Positions 60,841-64,000 of a stretch of 64,000 nucleotides of DNA are shown in pieces. The notes beneath the pieces were generated by a model. It did not search any database, was not told the DNA's origin, and saw nothing but the letters and a program-made list of their open reading frames with translations. The number at the start of each line of letters is the position of its first letter. Within the stretch, counting starts at the first letter, position 1. Source of the DNA: an uncultured Candidatus Binatia bacterium (GTDB lineage Bacteria > Desulfobacterota > Binatia > Bin18); assembly GCA_965242795.1 (NCBI GenBank), contig OZ251505.1, positions 431,133-495,132 of the forward strand, in the 5' to 3' direction. The translations under genes were made by a program, and so were the position numbers.

Positions 60841-61209
60841 TCAGGCCGAGGCGCTCTTTTCGTTGACTTGGCGGAACGAGCGGTACATGTCGATCAGCAT
60901 CTCGCGCTGGCGGGCGGAGAGTTCCGGGTCGTGCAGGACGGCTTTCACCACGTCGCTCTCTTCAGCGTCCTGGGGGTCGAGGATCCCCGCCTGGGTGTAC
61001 AGCGTTTCGGCTGAAATACGGAGCCCTTTGGCGAGGGATTGCAGAATCATGCTGCTCGGCACGCGCAGCCCGCGTTCGATCTGGCTCAGGTAGGGATTGG
61101 AAATGCCGCACAATTCCGCCAACTGGCGCACCGAGAGTTGCGACAACTCGCGCTGACGCCTGATGAACTCGCCGAGCGTGACGTACGGGTCGGGACGTTT
61201 CCGGGTCAT
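60841..61209 (-). CDS. XRE-family HTH transcriptional regulator
   Basis: LGEFIRRQRELSQLSVRQLAELCGISNPYLSQIERGLRVPS is HTH_3. Confidence 0.75.
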   Translation of the reverse strand: MTRKRPDPYVTLGEFIRRQRELSQLSVRQLAELCGISNPYLSQIERGLRVPSSMILQSLAKGLRISAETLYTQAGILDPQDAEESDVVKAVLHDPELSARQREMLIDMYRSFRQVNEKSASA

Positions 61210-61214
61210 GCCCG

Positions 61215-61246
61215 AACGCTAACAAAAATCGCTAACTCGTGCAAGC
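61215..61246. promoter_or_regulatory. Second copy of the GCTAACAA-N3-TCGCTAACT-N3-GCAAGC motif, upstream of the XRE regulator gene (autoregulation candidate)
   Basis: AACGCTAACAAAAATCGCTAACTCGTGCAAGC, starting 6 bp beyond the ATG of 60841-61209 on the minus strand. Confidence 0.5.
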
Positions 61247-61315
61247 GCGGCGCAAACAGGATGGGCATGCGGGGAGGAACGGGGATGCGGGGAGTTGCGA
61301 GTCGGGGGGAATCGG

Positions 61316-61346
61316 TTGACACCCGCGGACGAGCGGGATGTATGAT
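61316..61346 (+). promoter_or_regulatory. Sigma70-like promoter TTGACA-N19-TATGAT for the MetE-like gene
   Basis: TTGACA at 61316-61321 and TATGAT at 61341-61346, ~30 nt upstream of the GGGAGG RBS and ATG at 61376. The spacer holds a CCCGCGGACGAGCGGG palindrome. Confidence 0.4.
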
Positions 61347-61375
61347 GCGCCAGCCACATCGAACGGGAGGACCCA

Positions 61376-62545
61376 ATGTTCGTTGCCACGAAGGATACCC
61401 TGCTGCCCACGGCGATGGTCGGTTCGTTTCCCAAGCCGAGCTGGTTCACCGAGAGCCTCCGCGGCCGGCCGTTCAAGGTCGCAATGGGCGATTCGCTGTA
61501 CCGCGAGCAGTACATCGACGCGGTCGCCTGCTACGTGAACGAGCAGGATCAGGCCGGCCTCGACATCTTCACCGACGGGGACACGCGCTTCGACCTGGAA
61601 GTCGGCGGCCGATCCTGGTTCTTCTATACGATCGAGCGGCTGAACGGCATCGGCGGTTACCGCGACTCTTCGCACTTTCTGGACTACGCGGACATCAAGC
61701 CCGGCCACATCCTGTACGAAGTGCAGGAAGCCTACCACCCGCCCGCGGTGACGGATGACGTCACGCGCGGCCCACTCCACTTCACCGCGATCTGGAAGAC
61801 CGCCCAGAAGATGACACGCAAACCCGTGAAATTCGGGTCCATCAGCGCCACCTGTCTGCCGATGATGCTGTGGAACGAACATTACCGGAGCGACCACGAA
61901 CTCGTCATGGATCTGGCCGCGGCGCTGAACGAGGAGTTGCGCGAGTTGGCCGACGCCGGCTGTCCGGTCATTCAGATCGAGGAGCCACCGCACCACTTCG
62001 CCTGCTGCACCGACCCGCCGGCGACCGACAAGGAACTCCAGAATTACACCGACGCCTTCAACCGCGAGGTGCAAGGCGTCGAGACCGAAATCTGGGCGCA
62101 CACCTGCTGGGGCAATCCCAACCAGCAGAGCTTCTACTGGGAACGGCCCAGCTACGAGCGGTCGTTGCCGCACCTGCTCCAACTCGACGCCGACGTGCTC
62201 ACGTTGGAAGGCGCCAGCAACAACGGCCGCGACCTGCCCTTGCTGAAGCACTCCAAGACCGACAAGAAGATCGCCATCGGCGTCATCAACCACACGGTCA
62301 CCACGGTCGAGCCGCCGGAGATGATCGCCGACCTGATCCGCCGGGCGCTGGAATACGTGCCGCCCGAACGGCTGATCGTGACGGCCGACTGCGGCTTCGG
62401 GCGCGAGGGGCTGTCGCGGCGGATCGCGTTCTACAAGTGCGTTGCCCTCGTGCAAGGGACGAACATGGTTCGCCGGGAACTCGGCCTGCCCGAGGCGGAG
62501 ATTCGGGCGGCCGACCCGCGCTACGCTTTCCGACAGGTGGATTAG
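61376..62545 (+). CDS. Cobalamin-independent methionine synthase (MetE) C-terminal-domain family protein
   Basis: 389 aa with MVGSFPKPSWF and CGFGREGLSRRIAFYKCVALVQGT (the Zn-binding Cys context of the MetE_C/UROD-like fold). Confidence 0.8.
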   Translation: MFVATKDTLLPTAMVGSFPKPSWFTESLRGRPFKVAMGDSLYREQYIDAVACYVNEQDQAGLDIFTDGDTRFDLEVGGRSWFFYTIERLNGIGGYRDSSHFLDYADIKPGHILYEVQEAYHPPAVTDDVTRGPLHFTAIWKTAQKMTRKPVKFGSISATCLPMMLWNEHYRSDHELVMDLAAALNEELRELADAGCPVIQIEEPPHHFACCTDPPATDKELQNYTDAFNREVQGVETEIWAHTCWGNPNQQSFYWERPSYERSLPHLLQLDADVLTLEGASNNGRDLPLLKHSKTDKKIAIGVINHTVTTVEPPEMIADLIRRALEYVPPERLIVTADCGFGREGLSRRIAFYKCVALVQGTNMVRRELGLPEAEIRAADPRYAFRQVD

Positions 62546-62641
62546 CTGCGCGAGACTCGGACCGACTCGGTCGAACGAACGCGGCTGGCAGACGGCCGGC
62601 AAACGATGACAGAGGAGCCGAGAAGGCCGCCCGCGGCGTGG

Positions 62642-63523
62642 CTAGACGGGCCGGCCGGCTTGGCGTGCGCGATCCAGGACGATGCGTTCGATATCGGCGA
62701 TCGGGCCGTCCACCATCCGCCCCCGAAAGGCGACGGCGCCCTTCCCTTCCGCGACCGCGGCGTCGAAGGCGGCGACCAGTTCGCGGGCGTACTCGATTTC
62801 GTCCGGTGTCGGCGTATAGATCGAGTTCACCGCGGCGACCTGATTCGGATGAATGCACGCCTTGCCTTCGTATCCCAACGCCTTGCCTTGCCGGGTTTCC
62901 CTGGTCAGGCCGTCGGTATCCCGAATGTCGAGATAGACGTTGTCGATCGGCGTGACGCCCGCGGCTTTCGCCGCCATGACCACCTGACCGCGTGCCTGCA
63001 GAACCACACCGTCGGTGGACGGCCCCGCGGCAATGCCCATGGACAGGGAGAAATCCCCATGCCCGAAGGCAATGCCGGCGATGCGCGGTGTGGCCGCGGC
63101 AATCGAAAAAGCGTTGCCGATGGCCGCCGGCTGCTCGAACAACGGAATCAGCACGACCTCGCCCGCGGCGCGGCCGGCACGGCGTTCGGCCAACCCGACC
63201 AGTCGATCGACGAAGCGGATCTGCTCGGCTGCATTCGTCTTGGGCACGACCAGCCCGTCGGCCCCGGCCGTGACCATCGCGAGCACGTCGTCCAGGAAGT
63301 ACGGCGTATCGAGCCCGTTGATGCGCACGGTGCGCTCGAATCGCGCGAACCCGGCATCTCCGAGGACGGCGTCCAGCGCGTCGCGCGCCGCGGCCTTGCG
63401 GTCCGGGGCAACCGCGTCCTCCAAATCGAAGATGAGCGTGTCGGCCGGCGAGTCCTTGGCTTTGGCGAAAAAGCGTTCGTTACTCGCCGGCACGAACAAA
63501 AGACTGCGGCGCAGCCGCGGCAT
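62642..63523 (-). CDS. HpcH/HpaI aldolase / citrate-lyase beta (CitE)-like (malyl/citryl-CoA lyase family)
   Basis: LRRSLLFVPASNERFFAKA...DTLIFDLEDAV...GIAFGHGDFSLSMGI is the CitE pattern. The ATG overlaps the upstream stop. Confidence 0.8.
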   Translation of the reverse strand: MPRLRRSLLFVPASNERFFAKAKDSPADTLIFDLEDAVAPDRKAAARDALDAVLGDAGFARFERTVRINGLDTPYFLDDVLAMVTAGADGLVVPKTNAAEQIRFVDRLVGLAERRAGRAAGEVVLIPLFEQPAAIGNAFSIAAATPRIAGIAFGHGDFSLSMGIAAGPSTDGVVLQARGQVVMAAKAAGVTPIDNVYLDIRDTDGLTRETRQGKALGYEGKACIHPNQVAAVNSIYTPTPDEIEYARELVAAFDAAVAEGKGAVAFRGRMVDGPIADIERIVLDRARQAGRPV

Positions 63524-64000
63524 CAGACGACCCCCTGTGCTGCGAGTTCGGCGAGCCGGGCTTCCGACAGTCCCAGCTTGCCGCAATAAATCTCGCGGTT
63601 GTGCCGGCCCATTTCGGTCGGCCCCGGCCAGCGCACCTTGCCCGGGGTGCGCGAGAACTTGGGCACCACGTTCTGCATGCGGACCGGGCCCAGTTCGGGA
63701 TCGGCGACCGTCGTAATCGTCTCGCGGGCCTGCACGTGCGGGTCGGCGAAAATTCCGGCGATGTCGTAAACCGGCACGCAGGCACACTCGTATGCGTCGA
63801 ACGTGGCCAACACGTCCGCGGCGGGGCGCTCGCCGATCCAGCCGCCCACGATGGCATCCACCTCGTCGATGTGTGCAATCCGGGCGCGGTTATCGGCGAA
63901 CCGCGGGTCGTCGTTCAATTCTGGCCGGCCAATGGCCTCGAACACCCGTTTCGCCAAGGCCGGCGCATTGGCCGACAACGCCAGCCAGACGCCGTCCTTG
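63523..64000 (-). CDS. CoA-transferase family III protein, C-terminal part (gene continues beyond the window end)
   Basis: VFEAIGRPELNDDPRFADNRARIAHIDEVDAIVGGWIGERPAADVLA is the CaiB/BaiF C-terminal region. There is no start codon within the window. Confidence 0.7.
   Translation of the reverse strand, partial: KDGVWLALSANAPALAKRVFEAIGRPELNDDPRFADNRARIAHIDEVDAIVGGWIGERPAADVLATFDAYECACVPVYDIAGIFADPHVQARETITTVADPELGPVRMQNVVPKFSRTPGKVRWPGPTEMGRHNREIYCGKLGLSEARLAELAAQGVV

Overview
High-GC (~68%) bacterial chromosomal window with dense, mostly intact housekeeping and metabolic genes, interrupted by several AT-richer accessory patches. Core content, left to right: enolase 3' end; a lysine/alanine-repeat histone H1-like gene; an ABC-F ATPase; two convergent luciferase-like (LLM) oxidoreductases; an amidase; tRNA-Phe(GAA); an actP/DUF485 acetate-symporter pair; a RelE/ParE toxin-antitoxin pair; a DegP/HtrA protease; ispH; a class-III alcohol dehydrogenase; an AsmA-like protein; an acyl-ACP desaturase-like protein; crotonase and CoA-transferase genes; a membrane-anchored HdrD/GlpC-like Fe-S protein; a six-gene TonB2-type cluster (DUF3450, large ExbB-like, ExbB, ExbD, TonB, TPR); an acyl-CoA carboxylase operon (carboxyltransferase beta, biotin carboxylase, BCCP); a tandem ThyX-like protein; WS/DGAT; a phasin plus XRE regulator; a MetE-like protein; CitE-like and CoA-transferase genes. 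Accessory or unusual content: (1) a ~2.7 kb AT-rich (~50% GC) islet at 12389-15096 holding a translationally coupled pair, an ABC-type AAA_21 ATPase with a DUF3696-like C-terminus plus an unrecognised 312-aa partner. This is the best candidate for an undescribed two-gene defence or abortive-infection module. (2) A ~1.8 kb insert carrying one Schlafen/AlbA_2-like ATPase gene, bracketed by an imperfect ~400 bp direct repeat that duplicates the promoter and first ~73 codons of the acyl-CoA carboxylase beta gene. (3) A gene-decay zone at 44.5-46.7 kb: sulfotransferase with an in-frame TAG, frameshifted PqqD-like gene, fragmented UvrD-like helicase. (4) A small TIR/DUF4062-like gene in a lower-GC patch. 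(5) Two families of short dispersed intergenic hairpin repeats. (6) A conserved 32-bp motif upstream of both the phasin gene and its neighbouring XRE regulator. No CRISPR array, transposase or integrase was seen.
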